Numbered from the stretch's first letter, positions 1-9,819 are shown. The stretch is DNA of 64,000 nucleotides from Verrucomicrobia subdivision 3 bacterium UBA6082 (GCA_002428665.1 DIXK01000067.1:234617-298616), one strand, 5' to 3'. The notes: generated by a model from the sequence alone, not told the origin. Program-made: numbers and translations.

Positions 1-335
1 CGGGAGTGGAGGTGCCAAAACATGTGGAGGGGGTGAGCATCAAACCTCTGCTGGCGAATTCCAAAGCACGTTGGACACAACCGGCCCTCATAAGCCATCT
101 ACGCGGAAACCACGCGGTTTGCACGGCTGATTGGCGGTATATTCGGTATGCCGATGGCACCGAAGAGTTGTATGATGAGCGTAAGGACCCGAACGAGTGG
201 ACTAATGTTGCGACGAGCCCTGTCTTGGCCGACGTGAAGAAACGACTGACAACATATTTGCCGGTCACCGAGGCAACACCAGTTCAGGAGGTCGTCCCAC
301 CGGCCAAGAAGAAGAAAAAGAAGGGCGCAAGTTGA
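1..335 (+). CDS. sulfatase family protein, C-terminal fragment (5' end lies outside the window)
   Basis: The reading frame is open to the left window edge. The translated tail (ADWRYIRYADGTEELYDERKDPNEWTN) resembles the C-terminal subdomain of type I sulfatases. It ends in a lysine run (PPAKKKKKKGAS). A complete sulfatase gene follows 7 nt downstream. Confidence 0.7.
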   Translation, partial: GVEVPKHVEGVSIKPLLANSKARWTQPALISHLRGNHAVCTADWRYIRYADGTEELYDERKDPNEWTNVATSPVLADVKKRLTTYLPVTEATPVQEVVPPAKKKKKKGAS

Positions 336-342
336 AATAACT

Positions 343-1758
343 TTGTCAAACATGAGACCTATCTATGCGGGCTTCGCTTTTGTTGCGATCGTATCGAGTG
401 TGCTTTCTGTTACGGCGCAGAGTGGGGGACAATCTGAGAGTCCTCCAAAACCCAATATTCTGATTATTGTTGCCGATGACCTGGGTTACGCGGACGTCGG
501 CTTCAACGGTGGTAAGGTGATTTCTACGCCGAATCTGGATCGGTTGGCCGCTACGGGTGTCAATCTGACGGACTTTCGTGCATGCCCGATGTGCTCCCCG
601 ACGCGTGCAGGTTTACTCACTGGGCAGTGGCCCTTGCGTTTGGGGATCATGCGTGCGGTGGTGACCCCGTGGTCCAGGCACGGTCTGCAGGCTGAGGAAA
701 ACACGCTTCCGGAACTACTGGCGGATGCGGGATATACGAAACGAGGCATTGTTGGTAAGTGGCATTTAGGTCACGCCCGACGGGAGTTTCTTCCCCTCAA
801 TCAGGGCTTCACCAGCTTCTATGGGCATTACAACGGTGCAATTGATTATTTCACGCACGAGCGTGAGGGGGAAGTGGACTGGCATCACAACGATCTGTCG
901 GTGATCGAGGATGGATATTCGACGGATTTACTCGCGGCGGAGGCCGTACGATTCATACAGTCTGCACCGAAGGAAGGACCGTGGTTTCTGTATCTACCGT
1001 TCAACGCTCCTCACTCACCGTTTCAGGCGAAGGCGGAGGATCTGAAAAAGTACTCTAATTTGAAACAACCGGACCGACGGGCGTACGCCGCGATGGTGGA
1101 TTGCATGGATCAGGCAATAGGACGGGTGATCATGGCTGTGGAAGCCCGCGCCGACGCTGTGAACACCGTGATACTCTTCTTCAGTGACAACGGGGGAATT
1201 CCTCGGGTAGGCAGCAGTAACCATCCGTGGCGTGGTGCCAAGCTTACCGTGTATGAAGGGGGGACGCGAGTCTGCGCAACCATCCGTTGGCCCGCGGGCG
1301 GATTGAGTGGCGGCAGAAGATTCAGTGGTCGTGTGGGTTATATTGATGTGCTGCCTACCTTTCTTGCGGCGGCTGGAGTGGAGCCACCTGAGAACCTGGA
1401 CGGCGTGAATTTCTTACCGGCTCTGCACGGGGAAACGCGAATGCTCACTCGTCCCTGGTTTTCTTATATCCACCAGGACGACCAGGCCCACGCTTCAGTA
1501 CATGAAGGCCGCTGGAAACTTGTAGCGCACGGCGATTTCTTTTCTGAAAAAGCAATTATTGCTCCGGGTCTGGAACTTTATGACCTCGAGGTCGATCCCG
1601 CCGAAAGCAACGATCTGGCGGCCAAACATCCGGAACTGGTCTCACGGATGTATCGGCAATTGCGCGACTTTGGCAAGCTGCAGAAGTCCGGAGTCGGACC
1701 GTTCCGCGAGGGCAGGGAAGGGTTCCGCGCGCCTACAGACTGGACTGTTCACCCTTGA
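343..1758 (+). CDS. exported arylsulfatase (type I sulfatase, formylglycine-dependent)
   Basis: N-terminal signal peptide (MSNMRPIYAGFAFVAIVSSVLSVTAQS). IIVADDLGYADVG metal-binding start. C-x-P-x-R formylglycine motif in CPMCSPTRAGLLTG. GKWHLG and FSDNGG blocks are typical of arylsulfatase A/B-like enzymes. Confidence 0.9.
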   Translation: MSNMRPIYAGFAFVAIVSSVLSVTAQSGGQSESPPKPNILIIVADDLGYADVGFNGGKVISTPNLDRLAATGVNLTDFRACPMCSPTRAGLLTGQWPLRLGIMRAVVTPWSRHGLQAEENTLPELLADAGYTKRGIVGKWHLGHARREFLPLNQGFTSFYGHYNGAIDYFTHEREGEVDWHHNDLSVIEDGYSTDLLAAEAVRFIQSAPKEGPWFLYLPFNAPHSPFQAKAEDLKKYSNLKQPDRRAYAAMVDCMDQAIGRVIMAVEARADAVNTVILFFSDNGGIPRVGSSNHPWRGAKLTVYEGGTRVCATIRWPAGGLSGGRRFSGRVGYIDVLPTFLAAAGVEPPENLDGVNFLPALHGETRMLTRPWFSYIHQDDQAHASVHEGRWKLVAHGDFFSEKAIIAPGLELYDLEVDPAESNDLAAKHPELVSRMYRQLRDFGKLQKSGVGPFREGREGFRAPTDWTVHP

Positions 1759-1884
1759 TAATGCCTGAGACCGGGGGGGGGAGGAAGGTCACCCTTTTGG
1801 CGCGGTGGAGTTCGAGTGCGCACTGTGGCTTAAGGTGCAATAGTCTGGATGCAATGTGGGACTCGTATTGCCTGTCTTCGATCT

Positions 1885-2430
1885 TCACTGAAACAATAAC
1901 GGCGCGAATGCGCGTAGATACTCGCGCCAATTGTCCCATGTGTGTGCTCCTTCGGTTTCGTGGTATATGACATCGAACTTGTGTTTCTTGAACATTTCGA
2001 CCGTGGCCCGCGAAGTGGCGACGAGGAAATCATCTTTACCGGTCGCGAACCAGAGCAGTTTGAATCCTTCTTTGAGCTTCGCATCGTCAAGCTTTGCCTG
2101 TTGGTTGTCTTCGAAGCTTGCTTGGGGTTGGCTGCCGCCCGGTCTACCTGCGATTCCGAAGATGCCGGAGCTGTAAATCCCCAGATACGCGAACTTGTCC
2201 AGGTGAGGGATGCCGATGTTCAAGGTATCCCGCTTTTCAACCTGCACCACCAATTCCCCGGGTTCCGCAAGAAAATAGGCTCCGCCAATTCCCCCTATGA
2301 GGAGTGTCGATGCGATGTTCGTTGAAGAAGCTTTACCAGGTTTTGGCGGCAGCGAGGTAACAGGCGCAATTGCGCAGCTTGATCGCACGAACCATGCTAA
2401 AGTCAGAAAGCAGAGGAGGTAGGTCTTCAT
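1885..2430 (-). CDS. esterase-family (CE1/enterochelin-esterase-like) remnant, N-terminally short and lacking the nucleophile motif; possible pseudogene
   Basis: The C-terminal two thirds match putative-esterase family blocks (NIGIPHLDKFAYLGIYSSG, LLWFATGKDDFL, HETEGAHTWDNWR). The protein is only 181 aa. The position where GLSMGG is expected reads VVQVEKRD. A signal peptide is present. Confidence 0.5.
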   Translation of the reverse strand: MKTYLLCFLTLAWFVRSSCAIAPVTSLPPKPGKASSTNIASTLLIGGIGGAYFLAEPGELVVQVEKRDTLNIGIPHLDKFAYLGIYSSGIFGIAGRPGGSQPQASFEDNQQAKLDDAKLKEGFKLLWFATGKDDFLVATSRATVEMFKKHKFDVIYHETEGAHTWDNWREYLRAFAPLLFQ

Positions 2431-2449
2431 AGAGGACTATGCGTTGCGG

Positions 2450-4474
2450 TTAGTCCGGCTGAATCAGGAACTTCGCAGCGGTGCCCGCAGTGGCATAGAT
2501 TGACTCAGTTTTACCGAAAGCGGTCTTATGCGGAGTGAAAATTGTAAGTGGGCGTGGAGCGAGCATCCCCAGCACGTCAGGCACATCACACACACGCAGC
2601 ACGTTCAGAAATTGCGGTGCGGTGGGCTCCATGTGCGTTAGTGGCGGGTTGCGCAGAATCACACCACTGATCGAAGGTTCCCAGAGGGCGGCGTAGGCGC
2701 CCAACAGGCCTGAGTTGCCGTCACCAACAACAATCAGTTGGCAGTCCCCGCCTTGACGTTCTCGCAGGGCGCGGGCGACGGCGATCACATCCAGGACTCG
2801 ACCGCTGTCCACAGTGCGTCCCAACAAGACGTGGCTGCGCTTTACGAAGTTCGGAGGGTTGCTTTCGGTCCATTGGGTTGTTCCGATTCCACGAGGTTCG
2901 CACACGTAGATCGCATCATTCGGTTGAAACAAAGTTCGTAGAAACGCGGCGAAAGGCTGATTCGATTCCGTAGCACCGATTCCAAAGATTATTCGTCCCG
3001 AATTTCCGGGTGGTATGGAATTGGTGATCTCCAAAAGACGCACCCTAATGCCTGGTTCCGTTTCCCATTCTGATTCGGTGGCCTTGTTCCCTGGTCGCAA
3101 CTTAGCGATCGGGTGGCGATTAGGAAAACTACGGAAAGTCACGCGGCGTAGTTCCGTCAGCATTGAGGTTTTCCAGGGTTCAAACTGCCCAGGACTTGGC
3201 ATTTGGACATGAGCCAAGGGCACGAAATGTTGGTCAATTGTCGTGTTGAGTTCGTCTTTGGGGACATTCTCTTCCGTCGGAAATACGCGCAGTTGGTCGA
3301 TCACAATCGGATAAATGCGATGATTTCCTTCCCCAATTATCAAGCTTTCCTCGCTGTCCTCGATTGAACGGGGGTCGTGCTTCAAATGCGTGTTTACGAA
3401 ACGGTACGCTGCTTGTCGGAGGTCTTTTCGATAGGCGTGACCGCCAATGCTGACCATCGAATCCACGAAATCAGAGCGACCATATAAGCTGTAGACTCTC
3501 TCGAGGCGAGCGATGACCCGATCGTTAGCATCCATGGGGAAAATGCGATCTTCGTCGCTGTTGGCGAATAATTGGGCGCGCGGCGCGATCAATGCGGCAA
3601 TACGGGTCCAGGGCCACTGAAACGTGTTGTAAATAAACATGCAGTCGCAGTGGCCATTGATAACGCGGTTGTTAATGTAAGCAGGGAGGTCTGCCATGCC
3701 GCTCACAGGCACAGCCACTCCTACTCGTTCATCGGCTGCCGCAATCCAGAAGGTTGCGGCTCCGCCCCCACTGATTCCTGTGACAGCTATGCGCTCGTGA
3801 TCCACATCGGCGCGGCTGATGAGGTAGTCGATGCCTCGAAGGCCGTTCCAGCATTCAACACCTGCAGGCGTGTAACCGCGCGAATGCCACCACCAGCGGT
3901 CTTCGCGATAGGTGCCGTGGTGAATGGCGGCGATCTCGCCGAGTTGGAGTGTGTCGACTACCAGGCACACGTACCCGTGTCTGGCAAACCAGATGCCATG
4001 CGACTGGTAGGCTGTTTTGTTGCCGGCACGCCCCTGGTTGGAGTGACCGCATAAGTATAAGACTGCTGGGAGACGTTCGCCGGGTTTGGACCTGACGGGG
4101 CGGTACAGATTCCCCGTCACGTAGAGTCTTGGTTGGCTTTGGTAATGGATCAGTTCCACCGTGAAGCCATCGCCCTCGACTGTGCCGGTAACGGTGGCAT
4201 GCAGCGGGGTCCGCTCCGGCAACGGCCAGAGGCCCAACATGTATAGGAACTCCTGGCGATAGACTGGTCTGTGGGATTCCCAATCCGCCCGCGATGTGAA
4301 GTCGTTCGTGAACGTGAGGTGGATCCTGTTCGCCTCGGTGGCCAGGTAGCTTTGCACCATTTTATCACCCGGGGCGCCGTCATCTGCTGGGGCGTATTCC
4401 TGGGCCAGGGTGTTGCCGAGCAACAACAGGCCTGGCAAGAAGCCGATGCGACGGATTATTGATAGATTCATCAT
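2450..4474 (-). CDS. exported alpha/beta hydrolase (acetylxylan-esterase/dienelactone-hydrolase-like) with a second alpha/beta-like C-terminal domain
   Basis: Signal peptide present. Nucleophile elbow GISGGGAATFW lies in the N-terminal half. YLCGHS block present. The C-terminal half repeats an alpha/beta-hydrolase-like pattern (VVGDGNSGLLGAYAA). It lies 19 nt upstream of the esterase remnant on the same strand. Confidence 0.8.
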   Translation of the reverse strand: MMNLSIIRRIGFLPGLLLLGNTLAQEYAPADDGAPGDKMVQSYLATEANRIHLTFTNDFTSRADWESHRPVYRQEFLYMLGLWPLPERTPLHATVTGTVEGDGFTVELIHYQSQPRLYVTGNLYRPVRSKPGERLPAVLYLCGHSNQGRAGNKTAYQSHGIWFARHGYVCLVVDTLQLGEIAAIHHGTYREDRWWWHSRGYTPAGVECWNGLRGIDYLISRADVDHERIAVTGISGGGAATFWIAAADERVGVAVPVSGMADLPAYINNRVINGHCDCMFIYNTFQWPWTRIAALIAPRAQLFANSDEDRIFPMDANDRVIARLERVYSLYGRSDFVDSMVSIGGHAYRKDLRQAAYRFVNTHLKHDPRSIEDSEESLIIGEGNHRIYPIVIDQLRVFPTEENVPKDELNTTIDQHFVPLAHVQMPSPGQFEPWKTSMLTELRRVTFRSFPNRHPIAKLRPGNKATESEWETEPGIRVRLLEITNSIPPGNSGRIIFGIGATESNQPFAAFLRTLFQPNDAIYVCEPRGIGTTQWTESNPPNFVKRSHVLLGRTVDSGRVLDVIAVARALRERQGGDCQLIVVGDGNSGLLGAYAALWEPSISGVILRNPPLTHMEPTAPQFLNVLRVCDVPDVLGMLAPRPLTIFTPHKTAFGKTESIYATAGTAAKFLIQPD

Positions 4475-5166
4475 GATGGTGCTGAACTCCGTAGTCAGAT
4501 TGGCTGATATTATTACTTCGATTCTAGGTCAGGGCATGGGGAGTTTTTTCGGTGTCGGTATTAACTTATTTGGCCAATGGCTATTATGCCAGTGTTTATT
4601 TTGCGCTGTTGTGCGCGTGGGGCTGCGCGTTTTCGCGGTGTAAGGCAGGATGTAACGGATCGACAATATTTAGACGTTCGCTCTCCGTGCTGCGTTTCAC
4701 GCGGAGGTGAAGGTTAAATGGCCTGACTTGCTGGACCTTGCGCAAAACCTTGGTGCCTGCGGGGATCACCCAGCTTAATCGGGAATGGCGAGATCACGTT
4801 GTGGCTGGATAATCTTGCATGGCGCAAACCTGAGTTTACATTGGAACTCCATTCAGAGGGTGAATTGTCAGTGCCGTCGCGTTTTCCCTAGCCATTCGAT
4901 ACGCAAGCAAGTGAGCGACTTATCATACGGTGAGCGAGGGGATCTCATACCCGGTCGAGGATGATAGCCTCCCGCTGCACCGGTTGATTGCCTAAGGTAA
5001 ACATGGTATTTGCATGGCATTCTGGGGAGTTACGGTCAACTTTGGCACGACAGTCTGCCGCTTGGAGAATGGTTCGAGGGTGCCTCTGATGGGGTTTGTG
5101 TTGGAGCGCAGGGTCGAGACAAAACGGAGCGCATGAGCAAGTTCCAGAGGATTGTTTTGTGGGAAT

Positions 5167-5646
5167 TCAGTGGCCTTTATTCTGGAAGAGGTCACTGATG
5201 CCGATTTCAAACTCTGGCAGGAGGCTTTCGGTGAGGGTTTCACGGCCAGCCAGGATTCCTTTGAGAGTGAGGCCAAATTGGGTGCCGTGGTAGACCTCGA
5301 CGTTGTCGTAGCGCGGATCGACCATCCAGAGGCGAGGCAGCCGGACCTCTTCGTAAATCTGTTTCTTGAAGACCGTATCGGGGCGATGATCCTCAGAATT
5401 AACAATCTCAACTGCTAGCCAAAGTTTTCCGGTCGCCGTCGTGACCAGCGACATGTCCGGACAGAGGAGGATATCCGGACCAAGTTGTATTTGTGTGCGG
5501 GGAGGCAATAGAACCGCGCTATTGAGATTGCCCACACTGGCTTGGACGCAGCGGTGAAGTCGAGCAAGTATTGACTCGTGCCGAACTCCTGGGGCCGAGC
5601 GCATCAGCATCTCCCCATGCAACGTTTCGGCGTATGGCGTGCTCAT
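5167..5646 (-). CDS. Uma2-family (DUF820) PD-(D/E)XK putative endonuclease
   Basis: Family-typical pattern is present: CPDMSLV, then LAVEIVNSEDHRPDTVFKKQIYEEVRLPRLWMVDPRYDNVEVYH (Asp, Glu-x-Val, Lys, then YW-like block). Its ATG overlaps the uvrA-like stop codon by 4 nt (ATGA). Confidence 0.8.
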   Translation of the reverse strand: MSTPYAETLHGEMLMRSAPGVRHESILARLHRCVQASVGNLNSAVLLPPRTQIQLGPDILLCPDMSLVTTATGKLWLAVEIVNSEDHRPDTVFKKQIYEEVRLPRLWMVDPRYDNVEVYHGTQFGLTLKGILAGRETLTESLLPEFEIGISDLFQNKGH

Positions 5647-8348
5647 TTTGGTGCGAGGGAAAGTTTACTTAAGAACCGGCCGGTATGCGAGGATTTGTTG
5701 CTGACGATCTGTTCGGGAGTCCCTTCTGCAACGATGCGTCCCCCTTGATCTCCGCCTTCGGGACCGAGGTCGATAATCCAGTCTGCTTCGGCGATGAGGT
5801 CGAGGTTGTGCTCGATTACAAAGACCGAGTGTCCGTGATCAACGAGTCGCTGCAGCACCTCGACCAGTCGGCTGACGTCTGCCATGTGTAAGCCGATGGT
5901 CGGTTCCTCCAGGAGGAACAAATTGCGTTTGGGGTGGCGAGCGGTCTCCTCCCCCTCCCGCAGCCCGGTGAGTAAATGGGTGACGAGCTTGACTCGCTGA
6001 GCCTCGCCTCCGCTCAAGGTAGGGCTAGTCTGGCCCAGCTTCAAGTAATCCAGCCCTGTGTCAGCCAAGGCGCTCAGGGCTCGCTTGATTCTTGGAACGT
6101 TGCCGAAGAACTCCAGCGCCTGCTCCACCGACATCTCCAGTACCTGCGAAATGTTCTTGCCTGCGTATTCAACATCCAGCGTTTCGGGGTTGAACCTGGA
6201 TCCGCCGCAGGTCTCGCAGCGCACGAAAGCGGGCGGGAGGAAGCTCATCTCCACTTTCGTAGTGCTTGCTCCTTCACATTCCGGGCAGCGACCTGTCGCG
6301 CTATTAAAGGAGAAACGCCCCGGTCCATAACCCCGCAGCCGTGCCTCGGGCACCTGGGCGAACAGTTGGCGGATTTCATCAAAGAAACCGACGTAGGTTG
6401 CTGGGGTTGAACGAGGCGTGCGGCCAATCGGTGACTGATCGACTTCGTACACAGCCTGGATGGCCTCGTGACCGGTCAGGCAAGTGCTACGGTGGGTGCG
6501 GAGAGCCTTGGTGATGGCTGGCAACAGGCATTCACGGATGAGAGTTGTCTTACCCGAACCGCTCACTCCGGTCACGACGACAAATCGCCCCAGGGGAAAA
6601 CGAACGATGAGATTGCGAAGGTTGTTTTGGGCCGCGCCCCGCAGGGTTAACCAGTCTGGTTTGCCTCCTTTCGCAGGCCGTACTGCGCGGCGCTGACCGC
6701 GGGAGGGATAGGTGCGGTGCGCTTGTAGACATTGCCCTGTAATTGATTGCGGGTTTGCCCTCAAATCCGCCAGAGTCCCCGCAGCTACCACCTTGCCGCC
6801 GTGGGCGCCTGCGCCGGGTCCCAGGTCAATCACGTAGTCCGCCTGCCGCATTGTGGCTTCGTCGTGCTCGACCACGATAACTGAGTTGCCTCGCTCACGG
6901 AGTTTCCTCAAGGCTGAGAGCAACTGCTCGTTGTCGCGGGCGTGCAAGCCGATGGTAGGCTCGTCCAGAATATAAAGGACACCGCTGAGGTTGGAACCAA
7001 GTTGCGCGGCCAGGCGAATGCGCTGGCTTTCTCCTCCGGAAAGCGTTGGCACGCCGCGCCCGAGTTGGAGATAACCTAGCCCCACTTCGCAGAGAAACTT
7101 CAGACGCTCCCGAATCTCAGGAAGGATATCCCGGGCGATAAGGGACTCGCGACCCTTTAAGGCAAGGCTCTGGAAAAAGTCCTGGGCAGCGGCAACTGGC
7201 ATGGCGGAGATATTGTCGATTGTTGGCGCCTCCGCGGATTTTGCATTCCGCGCGCCACGCTTGGCGGCGAACTGCAGTCGCACACTTCGAGCCAGGGGAT
7301 TCAGTCGGGCGCCTTCGCATTCAGGGCAAAGCTCACGTTTGCCTTCTTGCCACTCGAACCACGATTCCTCTACAGACTCAGCGCGGGCGCCGCGGTCCAC
7401 GTCTGGCAGGTAAAACAGCTCGCCAAATCCACGGCAGCGGAGACACCATCCTTGGGGGCTGTTATAACTGAAGTTCTTGGGATCGAGAGGCTCGAAGGAT
7501 GCGCCGCAACCTGAACAGGCGCGTTCGGTAGAGTGGACAGTCACATGTCCTTTTTCATCCAACGCTAACAGGGTGCCGCGGCCTAGTTCAAGTGTTCGGG
7601 CAATCAATTCGCTGGGCTCAGTCTTTCGCGGAGTTCGGCGGGAAAGGTGCCCGGTGACTATTTCAACATTGTGCTCACGGAATCGGTCCAGACGAAGCGG
7701 TGCATCCGTCGGACAAATTCTACCGTCAGCCCTGAGTTCTGCGAGACCATGCCGTGCGGCCCATTCTGCGACTTCAGAGTGGAAACCCTTGCGGTTCTTG
7801 ATTATGGGAGCGAGCAACGTAAGTTCGCCCCGTTGCTTCAATTGGCTCCGGAGGTGTCTCTCCAATTCATAGCGGGTTTGGGCCAGAACCGGTTGCTGGC
7901 ATTGCGGGCAGAATTGAGTTCCAAGCCGGGCGAACAACAGTCGGATGAAATGGTACACCTCGGTCACGGTTGCTACTGTGCTCTTGCCGCCGCCACGGCT
8001 GTTACGTTGCTCGATGCTGACAGTCGGAGGGATTCCTGTGATGAGATCAACGTTCGGACGACTGAGTTGCTCCACGAACTGGCGCGCGTAGGCGTTCAGG
8101 GAGTCTAGGAAACGCCGTTGTCCCTCCGCGAACAATAGGTCAAAGGCAAGCGTGCTTTTGCCGGAACCACTGACCCCAGTGATGACCACAAACCGGTTTC
8201 GCGGAATCGTAAGAGAGAGGTCCTTCAAGTTGTGCTCGCGGGCACCTTGAATCTCGATCACACCGCCGGAATCGCTACGCGTCAGCTCGCCGTTTAACAC
8301 AGGCCTAGAATCTAGCACAGGGCAGGGCGGGTGCCACTCAATAGGCAC
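5643..8348 (-). CDS. uvrA: excinuclease ABC subunit A homolog (UvrA-like), apparently lacking the insertion domain
   Basis: Two ABC ATPase modules are present: GVSGSGKST twice, [12 protein letters not shown] and [11 protein letters not shown] signatures, and [10 protein letters not shown] and [10 protein letters not shown] Walker B blocks. CxxC zinc modules are present. A UvrB-binding-domain-like segment ([13 protein letters not shown]) is present. Only 33 residues separate CLRCRG from CPECEG. Confidence 0.9.
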   Translation of the reverse strand: MPIEWHPPCPVLDSRPVLNGELTRSDSGGVIEIQGAREHNLKDLSLTIPRNRFVVITGVSGSGKSTLAFDLLFAEGQRRFLDSLNAYARQFVEQLSRPNVDLITGIPPTVSIEQRNSRGGGKSTVATVTEVYHFIRLLFARLGTQFCPQCQQPVLAQTRYELERHLRSQLKQRGELTLLAPIIKNRKGFHSEVAEWAARHGLAELRADGRICPTDAPLRLDRFREHNVEIVTGHLSRRTPRKTEPSELIARTLELGRGTLLALDEKGHVTVHSTERACSGCGASFEPLDPKNFSYNSPQGWCLRCRGFGELFYLPDVDRGARAESVEESWFEWQEGKRELCPECEGARLNPLARSVRLQFAAKRGARNAKSAEAPTIDNISAMPVAAAQDFFQSLALKGRESLIARDILPEIRERLKFLCEVGLGYLQLGRGVPTLSGGESQRIRLAAQLGSNLSGVLYILDEPTIGLHARDNEQLLSALRKLRERGNSVIVVEHDEATMRQADYVIDLGPGAGAHGGKVVAAGTLADLRANPQSITGQCLQAHRTYPSRGQRRAVRPAKGGKPDWLTLRGAAQNNLRNLIVRFPLGRFVVVTGVSGSGKTTLIRECLLPAITKALRTHRSTCLTGHEAIQAVYEVDQSPIGRTPRSTPATYVGFFDEIRQLFAQVPEARLRGYGPGRFSFNSATGRCPECEGASTTKVEMSFLPPAFVRCETCGGSRFNPETLDVEYAGKNISQVLEMSVEQALEFFGNVPRIKRALSALADTGLDYLKLGQTSPTLSGGEAQRVKLVTHLLTGLREGEETARHPKRNLFLLEEPTIGLHMADVSRLVEVLQRLVDHGHSVFVIEHNLDLIAEADWIIDLGPEGGDQGGRIVAEGTPEQIVSNKSSHTGRFLSKLSLAPK

Positions 8349-8501
8349 CGACTGGGAGCTGAGCCCTTGGACTGGGCTTGAGCGTGTTGAGTTTGTGCAA
8401 TGACCAGAGCTTAACGAGAACCCTGGACGGAAAAGTGCTCATTTAGGAGATGATCCACCGGTTGCGCAGAAACCCCAAGAGGAGAATCACCCTCGGATGG
8501 A

Positions 8502-8577
8502 TGGTGGAGCCTAGGGGATTCGAACCCCTGACCTTCTCATTGCGAACGAGACGCTCTACCAACTGAGCTAAGACCCC
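8502..8577 (-). tRNA. tRNA-Ala (anticodon CGC), CCA encoded
   Basis: The reverse complement folds as a canonical cloverleaf: acceptor GGGGTCT/AGGCTCC with the G3:U70 alanine identity pair, D arm GCTC-AGTTGGTA-GAGC, anticodon stem TCTCG/TGAGA with loop TTCGCAA, T arm AGGGG-TTCGAAT-CCCCT, and 3' ACCA. Length is 76 nt. Confidence 0.93.
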
Positions 8578-8758
8578 ATTCCACCACTGATGACGAACAG
8601 CGATAGTTTTTGCATAAACGAGCGTGGCGCGCAACAACTTTTGCCGACACAAGTTTTGCCGCACACGTCGTTATATTCCCGAGCTGGATTTCCGCTCAGA
8701 GAACATCATACGCCGCCCTTCGTAGTTATACGTCGGCAAGCAGAAGCAAAACCGCCGC

Positions 8759-8788
8759 TTGACAATTTGGATATCTTTATGATATCAT
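8759..8788 (+). promoter_or_regulatory. putative sigma-70-like promoter of the SPFH/RHH operon
   Basis: TTGACA at 8759-8764. An 18-nt spacer containing TG at 8780-8781 follows. TATCAT is at 8783-8788. This lies about 30 nt upstream of the ATG at 8819, in an AT-rich patch. Promoter consensus for this phylum is not established, so confidence is low. Confidence 0.3.
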
Positions 8789-8797
8789 TATGATAAT
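8770..8797 (+). repeat. phased short repeats (GATATC, GATATC, GATAAT at 11-bp spacing; TTATGATA twice)
   Basis: GATATC is at 8770-8775 and 8781-8786. GATAAT is at 8792-8797. The 8-mer TTATGATA occurs at 8777-8784 and 8788-8795. All overlap the putative -10 region. Confidence 0.6.
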
Positions 8798-8818
8798 ATT
8801 CAAAACGGAACTCATTCT

Positions 8819-9814
8819 ATGAATCCATCAAACCTGGTTTCAAATCGTGAACGCGTTATTGCAGTTCAAAGCGGCTGGGTCATGTTACCGATCGTGCTTC
8901 TGGTGGTTCTGGGCAGCATCGCTCTCTTCATCTACTCCATTGCGGCGGGCGTAAAGGCAACCGGCAATCCTTACGTCTGGTTGCTCATCTCCGCCATACT
9001 TGCAGAGGTGGTGGGCGTTATACTGTTGTGCGGTTTCTTTACGCTGCAGCCTAATGAGGCGAGGGTGCTTATCCTCTTTGGAGAGTATAAGGGCACGGTA
9101 CGTAATAGTGGGTTTCATTGGGGCAACCCTTTTTATTCGAATGGTGCCGCTTCCGTGGCGGTGCAAAAAGGCGGGAGCATCGAGAAACCTTCGCCGGCAG
9201 TGGCTGTGGCCCGCGCCTCGCGGCGCAATAAAATTTCGCTCCGAGTCAGGAACCTGAATAGCGACAAGCTTAAAGTGAACGACAAGCGAGGCAACCCGAT
9301 CGAAATCGCCGCAGTGATTGTTTGGCGGATTGAGGACACCGCCCAGGCTATGTTCGACGTAGAGGATTATGAGACTTACGTGCGAATCCAAAGCGAATCT
9401 GCCATTCGCCACCTGGCAAGTGCTTACGCATATGATCATGGTGAGGACAACGAAATTACATTGCGCAGCGGGGTGGAGGAGGTTTCGCAGGCGTTACGAC
9501 AGGAGTTGGTGGCCCGTTTATGCAAAGCTGGCGTGGCGGTGGAGGAGGCTCGATTGACACACTTGGCTTACGCACCGGAAATCGCCCAAGCCATGCTGCG
9601 TCGTCAGCAGGCGGAGGCGGTAATCGCAGCCCGACAGAAAATTGTTCATGGGGCGGTGAGCATGGTCGAAATGGCGCTAAAGGAGCTATCAGACAAAGGG
9701 GTGCTGCAACTCGACGACGATCGCCGAGCTGCGATGGTGAGCAACCTGATGGTTGTGCTTTGCGGCGAGTCTGAAGTGCATCCTGTGGTCAACACTGGGA
9801 CGCTGTACACGTAA
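8819..9814 (+). CDS. SPFH/Band-7 (stomatin-prohibitin-like) domain membrane protein
   Basis: Two N-terminal hydrophobic helices are followed by an SPFH-like core ([58 protein letters not shown]) and a coiled C-terminal region ([20 protein letters not shown]). Confidence 0.85.
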   Translation: MNPSNLVSNRERVIAVQSGWVMLPIVLLVVLGSIALFIYSIAAGVKATGNPYVWLLISAILAEVVGVILLCGFFTLQPNEARVLILFGEYKGTVRNSGFHWGNPFYSNGAASVAVQKGGSIEKPSPAVAVARASRRNKISLRVRNLNSDKLKVNDKRGNPIEIAAVIVWRIEDTAQAMFDVEDYETYVRIQSESAIRHLASAYAYDHGEDNEITLRSGVEEVSQALRQELVARLCKAGVAVEEARLTHLAYAPEIAQAMLRRQQAEAVIAARQKIVHGAVSMVEMALKELSDKGVLQLDDDRRAAMVSNLMVVLCGESEVHPVVNTGTLYT

Positions 9815-9819
9815 AAGGC

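Noticed and set aside
300-335. Lysine run (KKKKKK) at the C-terminus of the partial sulfatase, encoded by an AAG/AAA tract
   Set aside because: It is probably just a basic tail. There is no frameshift signature and no downstream alternative frame of interest.
4410-4643. 77-codon plus-strand ORF at the 5' end of the alpha/beta hydrolase gene
   Set aside because: It overlaps the hydrolase start in antisense, has low-complexity hydrophobic content and shows no start context. It is treated as non-coding.
8443-8664. 73-codon ORF on the minus strand
   Set aside because: It overlaps the tRNA-Ala gene. Its translation (…LAQLVERLVRNEKVRGSNPLGS…) is simply the tRNA sequence read as protein.
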